DNA from: an uncultured Methanomicrobiaceae archaeon
GTDB lineage: Archaea > Halobacteriota > Methanomicrobia > Methanomicrobiales > Methanoculleaceae
Assembly (NCBI GenBank): GCA_963826525.1
Contig: CAWGXH010000004.1
Span: 1,632,001-1,696,000, forward strand
DNA: 64,000 bases
Reading direction: 5' to 3'
The stretch's first letter is position 1; every line of letters starts with the position of its first letter. A model generated the notes under the pieces. The model was not told the origin of the DNA. It saw nothing but the letters and a program-made list of their open reading frames with translations, and made no database searches. Of this stretch, positions 1 to 11,721 are shown in pieces. The translations under genes were made by a program, and so were the position numbers.

Positions 1-385
1 GTGCCGATCCGTAGACCTCCGGATCGACGTCCCGGAACCGGGACATGCCGGTTCTGACCAGGAGCGCCTTTGCGTCGCGGACGGCAGGGAGGTGGGGGGC
101 GAGGTCGGCCGCACGGAGCGGCACTTCCCCCTCCATCGGGACCTCGATGCAGTAGGCTGGCTCGAAGACGGATTCGGGCGCAAGGAGATCGGCGACCGAC
201 CCGCCACCCGCACAGAAGTGCTTCGGGAGGTCGATATGCGTCCCGGAGTGTCCGTGCAGCGAGATTATGGATGTCGTCTCCGGATCGCCCTCTGCGATCG
301 AGGTATGCGGCGTAATGGTGATCGGGGGCGTTCCGGGATAGAGGGGAGACTGCCGGTTCAGGGGGTATGAGATCGGGATGAGCAT
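1..385 (-). CDS. Cyclase family protein (kynurenine formamidase-like metal hydrolase), runs off window edge
   Basis: Not in ORF track; manual translation from ATG at 385 gives MLIPISYPLNRQSPLYPGTPP...HGHSGTHIDLPKHF, the HxGTHxDxPxH cyclase motif, then ALLVRTG. Confidence 0.85.
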   Translation of the reverse strand, partial: MLIPISYPLNRQSPLYPGTPPITITPHTSIAEGDPETTSIISLHGHSGTHIDLPKHFCAGGGSVADLLAPESVFEPAYCIEVPMEGEVPLRAADLAPHLPAVRDAKALLVRTGMSRFRDVDPEVYGSA

Positions 386-1033
386 AGAGTGTCCCGTATA
401 TACGACCGGAGCTCATGAAGGTTGCCCACGACCACCTCGACCCCGGACATTCCGGAGAAGCGGTCGGGGTCGCCCGGTTTGACCCGCGCAACGAACCGGA
501 CGCCGGTCTCCGCTGCCGCTTCCCAGTCCTGCGGGGCGTCGCCGACGAAGAGGGTCTCCGCCGGAGAGCTTTCTGTCGCGGCGAGGATCTCCCGAATGCA
601 CTCGCCCTTCGTCTTCGGCGAGCCGTATACCCGGACGAAGTACTTCGCAAGATCCCGGCGGCGGGCGATCTCCTGCATCTCTCCCTCCGGGGTTGCGGAG
701 ACGATATAGAGGGGGAGCACCCGTGAACACTCCCGGAGGAGTTCCTCCGCGCCGGGAACGAGGGGGACGGTGAGCATCTTGTCGAAGATCAGCCCGGCAT
801 ACCGGTCTGCAAGTCGCTCTTCCTGCTCGGGCGTGAGGTCTTCGTGCAGGATATTCTCGTAGATGTATCGGAACTTCTTGTAGCGGGACATGCCGCCGTT
901 CTCGAGGTGGTATGCGACGATCTCCTCGATGTGCTCGGGAGCGAACGAGAAGGTCTTTCGGAATGCCTCCGCCTTCATGGCGATGGATTCGGCGACGACG
1001 CCGTCAAAGTCGAGGATGAGGGTGGGTGATCAT
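358..1033 (-). CDS. HAD-superfamily hydrolase (phosphoglycolate phosphatase-like)
   Basis: Motif I LILDFDGVVAES lies upstream of ORF 358..978, separated from ATG 1033 by a 1-nt frameshift; motif II IVSAT, motif IV FVGDAPQD. Confidence 0.88.
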
Positions 1034-1433
1034 TGGATATTTCCCCTGGTAATGGTATGTTCCGTATGATGAGTGATTATAGGAGTTACTGCTGTAAGGA
1101 AGCAGACTTAGAAAATAAATCTAATTGCCTAGAAAGTTTTGGGATGACCACTATATGCTCCGCCATGAGTATCTAGATGTGGGCATCCCTCTTGTTTTTC
1201 TTTGGTACGGAAGGCAGGAAATTTGTCTGTTTTACTTATTTTTCCTGTGACCGAACGAATCGATGTATACAACGCCACAATAAATAAGTTTTCTTCTTGG
1301 AGTGTGAGAACTGAAGTTCCTGACAGAAGAGGGGGTAACGGTTGTTGTCATAAGCATGATGCCGGGGTTGTGGAAGACGCTCCGGCTGCTCAGGGAGGTT
1401 ACGGAAATTATTACGTGTGGCTAAATGCCTGTA

Positions 1434-2162
1434 TCATTGTATCCTCTTCAAATATCCACTCGGCGCAACGGTAATCAATAATTTATTTTCAATCTCTTCA
1501 TCGACCACAAATTCATCGTGTTCATCCAGATACGCCCATACAGCAGTCTTCGGATTGTTGCCCACATCCCATGGACGATCACTAAAAAAGCCTTTGGGCA
1601 GATCCTGGATGATCGTGTCGAAAACGACACAATAACTTCCAACAGATACAAGGGGTGCGTACAGTTCAAGTTCCCGCAGGGCGTGTTCATGCGTATGATT
1701 AGAGTCAAGGCATACCAGCACCCGTTTTCCTTCGGCCATCCGGCGTACGTCCTCAACGATCTTCTCATCCGTGCTGGAACCCTCAATCATCACAATTCGC
1801 TTAAACATCGGATGGTTTTCTATCTCTCGCGGTTATGCTTGCGAATATCGATGTCGATGCCGACCACATGCCTATCCCCTCCTAAAAGTTCAAGCATGGA
1901 GGCATAAAAGATGAGAGAACCACCATGGGCGATGCCCGTTTCAATGATCAAATCCGGCTTTACCTGCCAGATGAGTTCCTGCATCGCGAGAATATCCTGC
2001 GGCAGTTGTATTATTGGTCTACCACACCACGAAAAATTTACTATATTTCTTCTGAAATGCTTGAAGGATCCAATTTGAAGATAATTGTTTAAATTCATCT
2101 GATTTAGCGTTACTATTGATTCTAATCTTGCATTCTTCCTGAAATGCTTTAACAGGATCCAT
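1434..2162 (-). CDS. Cephalosporin hydroxylase (CmcI) / rhamnosyl O-methyltransferase family protein, split by two frameshifts
   Basis: FSWCGRPIIQLPQD, KPDLIIETGIAHGGSL, LDSNHTHEH, GSYCVVFDT and GNNPKTAV across ORFs 2019..2201, 1820..2179 and 1434..1808. Confidence 0.85.
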
Positions 2163-2166
2163 GTAC

Positions 2167-2974
2167 TTACTTGACACAATTCTGTATAAGTGTCTTTTCA
2201 ATGTAGGCCTTCACGTCATCTTTCGGACATCCGTACTCCTGACAGAGCAGTTTGTTGGAAATTATCGGAGGAAGCGATCGTTCGGAAAGATTTGTAAATC
2301 TGACGTCTAACCCATATTTTTCCAATACATCGGCAACTTCATAGTGACACACGTTTTTTCCCGAAGCAATGTTGTATATGATATTACTGCCGGATTCCGG
2401 TATGCGTAGTGTATAGAAGATGACATCGTCAATCGATATGTAATCCTTTCCACTATCTCGTGTCTGATTCATCACAACGCGTGCCGAATGTAATGCTTGA
2501 TGAAGTATGTCTCCCAAAAAATTTTTGCGTGTCATCTCCCCCCCAAACACGTTTGATAATCGAAGAATCTCTGTGTTCTTCTCCCGAAACAGCACACACA
2601 AATTTTCACCCAGTAATTTAGAAATATTATAAATCTCGGATGGTTCGCAAACATTTACTTCCACGGGTGTCTCCTTCATCAACGATATCGGCGTTTATGT
2701 GATTGTATACGCGTGTCGACGAGAGATATACAAAACTATCAAATTTGCCCCTTTCTAAAATTTTTCTTAAATAACATACGTGAGCATCAAGGGTTTCACG
2801 CGGGCGTTGCACAAATCCGCTGGTAATACCAACTGCATAGACGACATCACCCAGATTCTTTCTAGGTATTTTACCTCGCTCAAGGAGTATCTGTTCTTTT
2901 TCAAGAGCAGAAGGATGCTTTACGATGCTTGAGCCGATGTATCCGGTATGACCAAATACTGTAAGTCGATCCAT
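2167..2974 (-). CDS. NAD-dependent epimerase/dehydratase family (probable NDP-4-keto-sugar reductase), one frameshift
   Basis: GHTGYIG Rossmann motif, YLSSTRVY, YNISK (YxxxK) and RLSNVFG across ORFs 2627..2974 and 2167..2682. Confidence 0.8.
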
Positions 2975-3467
2975 TATTCGCGCTCTCTATATCCTATGAT
3001 CCTCAAAGGATCGCCGACATTTACGGAGTAGGCAGGGACTTCGCCCTTTACCAGTGATTGAATCCCGGTTACAGCCCCTTCATGGATATGCGTTCCGTCC
3101 ACAACTAACAATTCGAACCAATCCATACATCATCCTCAACAACTATGCCCCCTTTACTTGGCTTAAACCCTTGATTCAGGATTAATGCCTTTCCATCCTT
3201 ATACTCATGATTAACCGGAGCAAACGTGACGTTGCCAGCAATAAGGACATTATTTCCAATCTTAATTCCGTTTCCTAAATAAAACAAACAGCCGGAGTTA
3301 ATATAACAGTTGCTTCCAACAATGAAGTCGCCGCCCCCTCCCGCCGCTTTAACTTTTACAAATGAGTCTACTTGTGTGTTTTCGCCGATAAGGATACTTG
3401 ATCCTTTTATGGAGTTTTCAATATCCGCAAGCGGAGATATTTTTGCCGAACTGTGGATCTGTATCAT
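2974..3467 (-). CDS. Hexapeptide-repeat (LbH) O-acyltransferase, one frameshift near 3105
   Basis: IGENT, VGSNCYI, IGNNVLI, VEDDVWIGSNC repeats; C-terminus GEVPAYSVNVGDPLRIIGYRERE continues in another frame to TAA at 2974. Confidence 0.8.
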
Positions 3468-3498
3468 ACGCTCTCACCAACTGCATCACCGCCGCTCT

Positions 3499-4726
3499 TC
3501 AAAGCACCCTCAACTCAGGGATTGCAACGACGAGATCGCAGCCCCACTCACGCGTAAACCCAAGTTCCGCAACAATTTCATCACTGATATTCCATGGGAA
3601 GATGATGATGACATCGGGTTTCTCTTTGTAAAGCGTTTCTTTATGTACAATAGGTATGTGCGATTCAGGGAGATACCTCCCCTGTTTATGGGGAGAGGCA
3701 TCAACAACAAATTCAATCAGATCCGTTCCCTTGATGCCGCAATAATTCAACAATGTATTCCCTTTTGCTGCGGCACCATACGCAGACTCTTTTCCCCTCT
3801 CTTCTTTGCTCCAGCAGGAATGAGAGAAATGAGTGTTTGATTGCGTCCGCCCTTTCCTGGAAGGAAGCATAGGTTCCGATGTCCAGCAGGCCAAACTCCT
3901 GCTCTTTATTCTTCATGGAGTCCACACCCGGGGTCATGCCGTGCAATCCATCATCGACGTGGCAGGCGTAAATTCTCAACGAGCCACCATGGGTGGACAA
4001 TTCTTCAACATCATAGATTTTCAGACCGTGCGCAGAGAATATATTCTCGACGGCAGTCAACGAAAGATACGAGAAGTGCTCATGATATATAGTATCAAAC
4101 TGGTTGTGCCGGATTAGCTGCAAAAGATGGGGGAATTCCATCGTTATTGTCCCGGTATCCGAAAGTACGGCCTTCAACCCTGCAACAAAATTATTTATAT
4201 CAGGTACATGCGCCAAAACATTGTTCCCGATAATTAAATCCTGTTTTCCACGCTCCGTAGCGATCCGGTCTGCCAGATCCAAGCCGAAAAAATCAACTAT
4301 CGATTCAACGCCTTTTTCCTCAGCTGCTTTTGCCGTGCCGGCCGAGGGCTCGACCCCGAAGCAGGGAATTCCTTTCGCCATGAAGAATTGAAGCAGGTAT
4401 CCGTCATTGGACGCAATTTCCATTACCCGGGAGGATTCAGTGAGTGACAAACGCCTGCAGATCATCTCGACATAATCTTCCGCGTGTCTGACCCAGGATG
4501 TGGAATATGAACTGAAGTAAGCATACTCTGCACTAAAGATTTCGTCTGACTTTTTGTATTCGTCAACCTGGACAAGCCAGCAGCGATCGCAAACAAACAC
4601 CTTAAGTGGAAAATATATCTCCGGCTCACTCAACTTTTCCTGTGTAAGATAGGAATTTGAGGGTGGAGCATTCGTCAAATCAATAAATACCTTATCCAGT
4701 GTGTGACCGCAGAACCGGCACTTCAT
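3499..4726 (-). CDS. NDP-hexose 3-C-methyltransferase (Zn-binding, class I SAM), one frameshift near 3790
   Basis: CRFC...CDRC zinc site, EIASNDGYLL, NNVLAHVPD, FDTIYHEH, THGGSLR, YGAAAKG, FPWN. Confidence 0.9.
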
Positions 4727-5273
4727 AGTAGCACTCCCTGGAACTCATCGTCAATCATTTTATGGCATCTGTCCCTCTCGGACACATCCGTCGGTTCCAG
4801 AGGCCATCGGATCGCGAGCAACGGATCAGCGTAGTTCAGTGCCCCCTCATGCTCGTGAGAATAGAATTCGCTATGAAGATAGAGCATCTCCGAATGCTCC
4901 TCAAGTACCTGAAATCCATGGGCAAAACCTTCGGGAATACACAGCATCTTCATGTTCTCGGCATCAGTTTGAGACCAAACCACGTGAGGTACGTCGGAGA
5001 ACTCTTACGGACATCGACGATAACGTCGTAGACCGCACCATGAATACAGCGCACACATTTCATCTCCGCTTTCGGCGGATACTGGAAGTGGAGGCCCCGA
5101 ATAACTCCTACAGCATGAGTTCTGGAGAAATTGACATTCACAAAATGCCGGTCCCCGATAATTCCGGAAAGCTCCTTTTCACAGAATAGCCGGGCAAAGA
5201 CACCCCTTTGATCGAGAAAGGGCTCTGTTTCGATAACCGCGGCACCGGCCAGGGGTAATTTGCGGATCTTCAT
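4723..5273 (-). CDS. rfbC: NDP-4-keto-6-deoxyhexose 3,5-epimerase (RmlC/RfbC cupin), one frameshift
   Basis: DQRGVFAR, GVIRGLHFQ, DVIVDVRKSSPTY, IPEGFAHGFQ. Confidence 0.88.
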
Positions 5274-6356
5274 GCAACACCGCCCTCATATGCCTCAATA
5301 TCGTCGAAACATGCGACCTGCATGGATTCCTCAGTGCCGTCATAGTATTTCTTATACCAAGCGGTGGTTCTTTTGATCGCCTCGCTAAGACTCCACCGGG
5401 GTGTCCAGCGCAGCGTGTGCACCGCTTTATCGATAGACAGCCGCAGAACGGAAGCTTCGTGAGGTGCATCTAAAAGGGCTACCCGTTCCCAACAGCCACA
5501 TCCCCACTCTCTGCAAAATTGATCCATCAGGTCGGAAACTGGACATTCATCCCTGCAGAGAGGGCCAAAATTCCATGCTGAACAGAGTTCGGGATTACTG
5601 CTATGCGAGATCTTTGCACCCAGCAGTAAATAACCAGCCAGGGGTTCCAGAACGTGTTGCCAGGGGCGAATGGCATTTGGGTTTCTGACGAGAATTGATT
5701 TGCCGCCCGACAATGCCCGTACAGCATCGGGTATGATTCTGTCCTCTGCCCAGTCTCCCCCTCCAATGACATTCCCTGCTCTCACCGTAGCAATGTTCAC
5801 GCCATGCTCATCCAGACGGTCTGTAGGAAAGAAAGACTGTCGGTACGATGAGATGGCTATCTCTGCAGCTGCTTTACTTGCGCTATAGGGATCGTAACCC
5901 CCCATTGGATCGTTTTCACGGTAGCCCCATACATGCCCTTTATTTTCATAGCATTTGTCACTGGTTACCATAAGTGCGGAGCAGGGATGGCCAAGTTCCC
6001 GTAGACCTTCCAGGACATTCAGGCTACCGATAACATTCGTTTCAAATGTTTCGACAGGACACCGATAACTTTGCCTGACCAATGGCTGAGAGCAAGATGA
6101 AAGATAAAATCCGGATCTGCTGCTTTAATGGCGGTTTTCAGCGCTCTTTTATCGCGTATATCCGCAATGATCTCACCTGAAAGTAATTCAGCCACAGAGG
6201 ATACAGTGTAATTACTGGGAGTGGTATCTGGGAGAGAGAATAGCCTACTAAGTTTGCTCCCATTTTGGAAAGCCACAGAGAAAGCCATGATCCTTTGAAA
6301 CCAGTATGGCCTGTGATGAAGACATTCTTGCCGTTGTAGGTTGACGTTAAGTCCAT
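5270..6356 (-). CDS. rfbG: CDP-glucose 4,6-dehydratase, two frameshifts
   Basis: ITGHTGFKGSWL, VTSDKCYEN, DPYSASK, RAGNVIGGGDWAEDRIIPD, RPWQHVLEPL. Confidence 0.93.
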
Positions 6357-6363
6357 ACTCTCA

Positions 6364-7141
6364 TCAATCCCATACCTTCCACTTGCTCTTGCCCTCACTC
6401 CACATCTGGTTCAGTTGCTGCATATCACGCAGTGTATCCATACATTTCCAGAACCCTGTATGCTTATAGGCGAATAACTCTCCATCCTGACTGAGGTTTT
6501 CAAGTGGATCCTTTTCAAAAACCGTTGCACCTCCATCACGTAAGTAATCAAAAACACCCGGTTCACAGACAAAAAACCCAGCATTAATCCAGGACCCATC
6601 ACCTGCAGGTTTCTCGAAGAAACGTTCTATCCTTCCACTATCATTTGCAGAAATTGAACCATACCGTCCTTCCGGTTGTACTGATGTTACGGTTGCCAGA
6701 TGACCGTGTGAGCGGTGGAACGCAAGGAGTTTTTCAAGGTTAACATCAGAAACACCATCTCCATAGGTCAGCATAAAAGTCTCATCACCCACATAATCCC
6801 TCGCCTTGAGAATACGCCCCCCGGTCATCGTATTCAATCCGGTATCAACCAGAGTCACTTTCCAGGGTTCACAGTAGTTATGGTGTACTTCGACTTTGTT
6901 TTTTGCGAGATCTATCGTCACATCACTTTGGTGGAGGAAATAGTTTGCAAAGTATTCTTTTATCACGTATCCTTTATACCCAAGGAGTACCGATGAAATC
7001 ATTAAAACCATAGTAAGAATATGTTTTCATTATATGCCAAAGGATTGGTCTGCCACCAACCTCTACCATCGGCTTGGGAATTGTTTGTGTTTCTTCCGCA
7101 ATTCGTGTACCAAATCCACCTGCAAGAATAAGGACTTTCAT
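6364..7141 (-). CDS. rfbF: Glucose-1-phosphate cytidylyltransferase, one frameshift near 7000
   Basis: Manual N-terminus [18 protein letters not shown]...[18 protein letters not shown]; [23 protein letters not shown]. Confidence 0.93.
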
Positions 7142-7147
7142 AGTTGA

Positions 7148-7393
7148 TCACTTGTTATATACATTCTTGGATATGGGCATCTTCTCTAAATTGGCGAGCT
7201 TACCGTTGTGCGAGAAGCATCTTGCTCCGGGCTCACTCGGGCCGACATAAATCGAGTCAATTCTGCTGAAATTGAACATAGATGAATGCCACACAAGACC
7301 ATGCACTTCGAACTTCTTATTGAGGAAAGACTCCGTGAGATCTGAACCACCCCGACCTTCAGTCCCTTCGATCAATTGGGTTTTTTCAATCAT
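7148..7393 (-). pseudogene. gmd: Degenerate N-terminal fragment of GDP-mannose 4,6-dehydratase
   Basis: LIEGTEGRGGSDLTESFLNKKFEVHGLVWHSSMFNFSRIDSIY...HNGKL aligns by eye with the Gmd start LITGITGQDGSYLAE.LL.KGYEVHG..RRSS.FN..RID..Y...HYGDL; only about 80 codons remain. Confidence 0.7.
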
Positions 7394-7608
7394 TTCTGCC
7401 TCTCCGAAGTAGAGATCACTATGGTCATTCAATCCCATCGAATGGAAATCAACTAGATATAGAGGGATTATAACTCCACAGAGTATTCTTCACTGTGATT
7501 GAATTAAGTTCTTTTGGAAATTGTGCAACATGGCACAATTTCATCAGAGAGTTACTTTGTCAGTGTTACTGCCGTGCATTTCGCTTAGACCAGTAAGCGA
7601 CCAGCATG

Positions 7609-8649
7609 TTACAGCAGTTCATTTTCATCCTCATCCCTCTTAGCATCTCCTCCTAGGATGTCGCCCACATCAGTCCCCCGAATATCTGTTATGACTCGAA
7701 CTCCTGTTCTCACCGAACTGATTATATCTCTAAATAGCAACATAAATCCGAATATAATTGCAAATAAATATCTTCTTGTAATTGCTCTTCGAATAATCAG
7801 TAATACGATCCACATTTTTTCAAAAATGGTGAGATCGAATTTGTATTCAAATAGCATTTTGATCGAGTGAAAAACCAAGGAAATGTAACCTAAGTAATTA
7901 TTGATTTTATGAAGACCCATGACTTGTGTTGTGTTTTTCGGAGAACGGCCTGCAAAGCCTGGCCCATTGATAAATAACCCTGGATCAGTTTTTCCAATTT
8001 GTCCATGCAAAGCAAGGAATAAAATAAATGCGTGATCTTCACCAAAAAAATTTTTGAATTTATATGAACGTGCGACACTCGTTTTCGTCAGACTATAGAA
8101 TTCAGTATTTCGATATTGGTTAAGAAGTAGTTTTCTAATGCCAGAAATCTTTTTCATGCCAACTGTCGTTATATCTGATGCCAATATCTCTTCTTGTTGC
8201 AAAGTGCCATTTTTTTTCGCAGCCTCACTATAACACAAGACAAGCGAATCATTATTGAAAAATTCCTTTAGACACCTTTCAATGTAGATATCTTTCCACT
8301 CGTCGTCATCTGCTGCCCACATGAAGTATTCGCCAGTAGGCTTCTCGAGGACAAATCTAAAATTATAGGTGGGCCATTGTTTCTCTCCCTGCCGATAATA
8401 ATGGATTCGGGGATCGTTCGCCATAAACTCCCTGACCACCGTCTCGGTTTCCGATCCTGGTGAACAATTATCCGAAACGATAATCTCCAGATTTTTGTAA
8501 GTCTGTCCGGTAATGCACTCTAATGTACGTCGCAATCCGTTTGGTCTGTTATATGTTGGGATCCCTACGCTGACAAGGGGTTCAACTGGTAAGATTTTCT
8601 GAAGGTTACTCAACACCCGCCACCTCTTTCCCCGCATCACAGATATCAT
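7609..8649 (-). CDS. Glycosyltransferase family 2
   Basis: PLVSVGIPTYNR, IIVSDNCS, YFMWAADDD (DxD). Confidence 0.9.
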   Translation of the reverse strand: MISVMRGKRWRVLSNLQKILPVEPLVSVGIPTYNRPNGLRRTLECITGQTYKNLEIIVSDNCSPGSETETVVREFMANDPRIHYYRQGEKQWPTYNFRFVLEKPTGEYFMWAADDDEWKDIYIERCLKEFFNNDSLVLCYSEAAKKNGTLQQEEILASDITTVGMKKISGIRKLLLNQYRNTEFYSLTKTSVARSYKFKNFFGEDHAFILFLALHGQIGKTDPGLFINGPGFAGRSPKNTTQVMGLHKINNYLGYISLVFHSIKMLFEYKFDLTIFEKMWIVLLIIRRAITRRYLFAIIFGFMLLFRDIISSVRTGVRVITDIRGTDVGDILGGDAKRDEDENELL

Positions 8650-8913
8650 TCACTTTCAAATATCATGCTCATCCCGCATGGCACATTCCCCTCAGGTGAC
8701 GAAGCCCGGTCCGAAACCGCATTGCGTCTCTGGCTCGCACAAGCTGAAGTAAATGCAGCGCAAGCAGGGTGTGGAATTAGAGGATGAAATGACAGACGCA
8801 GATCTATCTTGGATCTCTAAAGATCTCTGTTCTCTCATTATAACCATGAAAACTATTTAGGTTATTTGCTCTAATATTCTGTGTGTGGTATCCCGAATTA
8901 ATTTTACATATAT

Positions 8914-10630
8914 CCCACCTTTCGCACTAACTCGAGCCCTTCGCCGAATTATCAAACCGCAAGATCCTTGTACTTTCAGGAAAAACCTCTGCTGTGCTCA
9001 CGTCTGCTGACTTCATCGAAGGGTCAAACGTCTCGATCGGCCATCTCAAAATCGTCGCCGGTGCTTTCGACACCCTCGGCATCGCTGGGGTCATCGATTG
9101 TGCCATTCCAAAGACGCGGCAGCACCATCTCACCCACGGCCAGCTTGTCAAAGCCATAGTGCTCAACGGCCTTGGGTTCGTGGAAAGGCGGCTCTACCTC
9201 TACCCTGAGTTCTTCTCGGACATCGTCATCGACCGGCTCCTCGGCGACGGCGTGACGACCGACCACCTCAATGACGACGTCCTGGGCAGGACGCTCGACG
9301 CGATCGCCGCCTACGGCCCGACCGAACTCTTCAATAAAATCGTTGCGGAGTGTCTGCTCGCCAGCGACTACGGCACGCACTGCCTCCACGTCGACACCAC
9401 CGCTTTCAGCGTCAGCGGCGAGTACTACGCCAACTTCGACTCCCGCGACATGACTATCACCTACGGCCACCCCAAGGATGGCCGATGGGACCTCAAGCAG
9501 TTCGTCCTCGGGATGGCGACCGATCAGCATGGCATCCCGCTCTTCCTGCAGACCTTCTCCGGGAACGAGTCCGATAAGAAGACGCTGCTGACGATCATCA
9601 CCCAGTTCACCGAGAACCTGCAGTACCCGGGCAAGGTCTACCATATCGCCGATGCTGCCTTCTACACCGCCGAGAACCTCGCCACCCTCGGCACCCGCAC
9701 CTTCTTGATCAGCCGGGTACCGGCGACCCTGAACGAGGTGAAGGATCTCGTTGCCGCAGACCTCGTCCTGCACCCGTATGCGGATGATCGCTACCGGTAT
9801 GTGGAGCATGCATCCGAGTATGCTGGCATCCCGCAGAAGTGGGTCGTCTACCATTCAGCACCGATGCAGGAGCAGCAGGAGAAGACGTTCGCAAAAAGGC
9901 TGGAGAAAGACAAGAAGAAAGCTGAAACGTCACTCCGGAAACTCGGGGCACGAGAGTTTGCCTGCGAACCGGATGCCCGGATTGCTGCCGAGAAGTGGTT
10001 ACAGGAGCACTCCCAGTTCTGCTTCACCTCGATGGACATTCGAGCAATTACGTGGAAGAAGACAAAGAAACGCGGCAGGCCGAAGGCGGATGAGCCGGTG
10101 AAGACGGTCTACACCGCCTCTGCAGAGATTGAGTACGACCCCGCGGTTGTCGAACCCCCCGACAGAAACTCGGCCGGTTCGTCTTGGCGACGAACGACCG
10201 GCTCTCTCCCCGGACGAGCTGCTCGCGAACTACAAAGAGCAGGGTACGGTGGAACGGGGGTTCCGATTCCTCAAAGACCCCGTCGTTCCGGGTGGCAGAG
10301 GTCTTTTTGAAGAAGACGTCACGCATCCAGACGCTGGCGATGATCATGGTGCTCTGTCTGTTTATCTATTCGATGACCGAGTTCCGGCTCCGCCGAGAAC
10401 TGGAACGGGTTGGCGAGACGGTCACCAGCCAGACAAAAAAACAGACACAACGGCCAACACTGAAATGGACGTTCTTCCTGTTCTGGAGGGTGAGGGAATT
10501 CGTGCTTGTTGCGGATGGCGAGCGAGTGAAACGGATAACGAACCTGAATGAAGAACTGAGGAAGATTCTCGGACTGCTCGGAAGCGAGTACAAAGATACT
10601 ATCTTTGAGTGGAGACCTGCGGAATGTGAG
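8914..10630 (+). mobile_element. IS1634-family insertion sequence
   Basis: Imperfect 13-bp terminal inverted repeats CCCACCTTTCGCA (8914-8926) and reverse complement of TGCGGAATGTGAG (10618-10630), 10/13 match; GC-rich block in AT-rich flanks; no clear target duplication. Confidence 0.8.
8994..10608 (+). CDS. IS1634-family DDE transposase, frameshifted in the 3' third
   Basis: LNDDVLGRTLD, HVDTT, GHPKDGRWDLKQ, GNESDK, IADAAFY, FACEPDA, YKEQGTVERGFRFLKD, QRPTLKW across three ORFs. Confidence 0.9.
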
Positions 10631-10840
10631 GTTTATCATCGCATCTTTTGTGAGGGATCACGAGGAAAACTGCTCGACCTTCAATGAGCGAAACCATAGG
10701 CCGGTCATCAAGCATTTATTACAAAGAATGCCGCACTTATAGAAAGGGGAAGTAGACCGTAGGAAGATGTGCCTGCACATGAAAGCCCGTGTGATGTCTA
10801 TAACAACAGGAACCGAACGAAAATCGGACGGAGAGATTGG

Positions 10841-11721
10841 ATGAAAGTTCTCGTATTAGGTGCTACCGGGATGCTCGGTCACAAGATATTACAGTCGTTG
10901 TCAGGGCAGTCCTCTGTGAAGGGCACTATCCGAGGTGATAGATCGGCATTCCCTGTGGATACTCTCCGAAAGCATAATCGATCATGTCGACGCGGATGAT
11001 ATTGCCGGAGTTGAAAAGGCAATAGAGGAATGTAAACCCGATGTCGTCGTAAACTGCATCGGCATCGTCAAACAGTTGCCGGCCGCTCAGGATCCCCTCC
11101 GGAGCATTGCGATAAACGCCCTCTTCCCGCACCAGCTCGCATACATCTGCCGAGCAAAGGGGAATTCGTCTGATCCATATCAGCACGGATTGCGTCTTTT
11201 CAGGTCGGAAAGGGAATTACAAAGAGGATGAGTTTGCCGACGCTGACGACCTGTACGGGCGGACGAAGTACCTTGGCGAGGTCGATTACGAAAACGCCCT
11301 CACGCTCCGCACCTCGATCATCGGCCGCGAACTCGGGAGCAGCCACGGTCTGATTGAATGGTTCCTCAGCCAGGAAGGAAGGACGGTCAGCGGCTACACC
11401 AATGCGCTATTCAGCGGCCTGACGACGAACGCTCTCTCAGATATCATTGCCACTGTCATAATGGATTATTCGGAAATGCGCGGTGTCTGGCACGTTGCAT
11501 CCGAACCTATCAGTAAGTACGATCTGCTCAAACTGGTAAAAACTGTCTATAATGTCGACATTGAGATCCTGCCGGACGATTCGGTCGTGATCGATCGAAG
11601 CCTTGACGGAGGCAAATTACGAGAGAATACAAATATTATAATTCCTCCCTGGCAAAAAATGATCGAGCAGATGCATCAGGATCCTACACCGTACGGAACA
11701 GCGAGGTCGAAAGAATGCTAA
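10841..11721 (+). CDS. RmlD-like NDP-4-keto-6-deoxysugar reductase (QnlA/WbvR-like), two frameshifts
   Basis: MKVLVLGATGMLG, NCIGIVKQ, INALFPHQLA, then by manual reading HISTDCVFSG, DLYGRTK, RTSIIG; ISKYDLL. Confidence 0.85.

Noticed and set aside
1202-1474. 90-aa plus-strand ORF in the gap between HAD and CmcI-like genes
   Set aside because: No motifs, opposes operon direction and overlaps the CmcI stop; probably spurious
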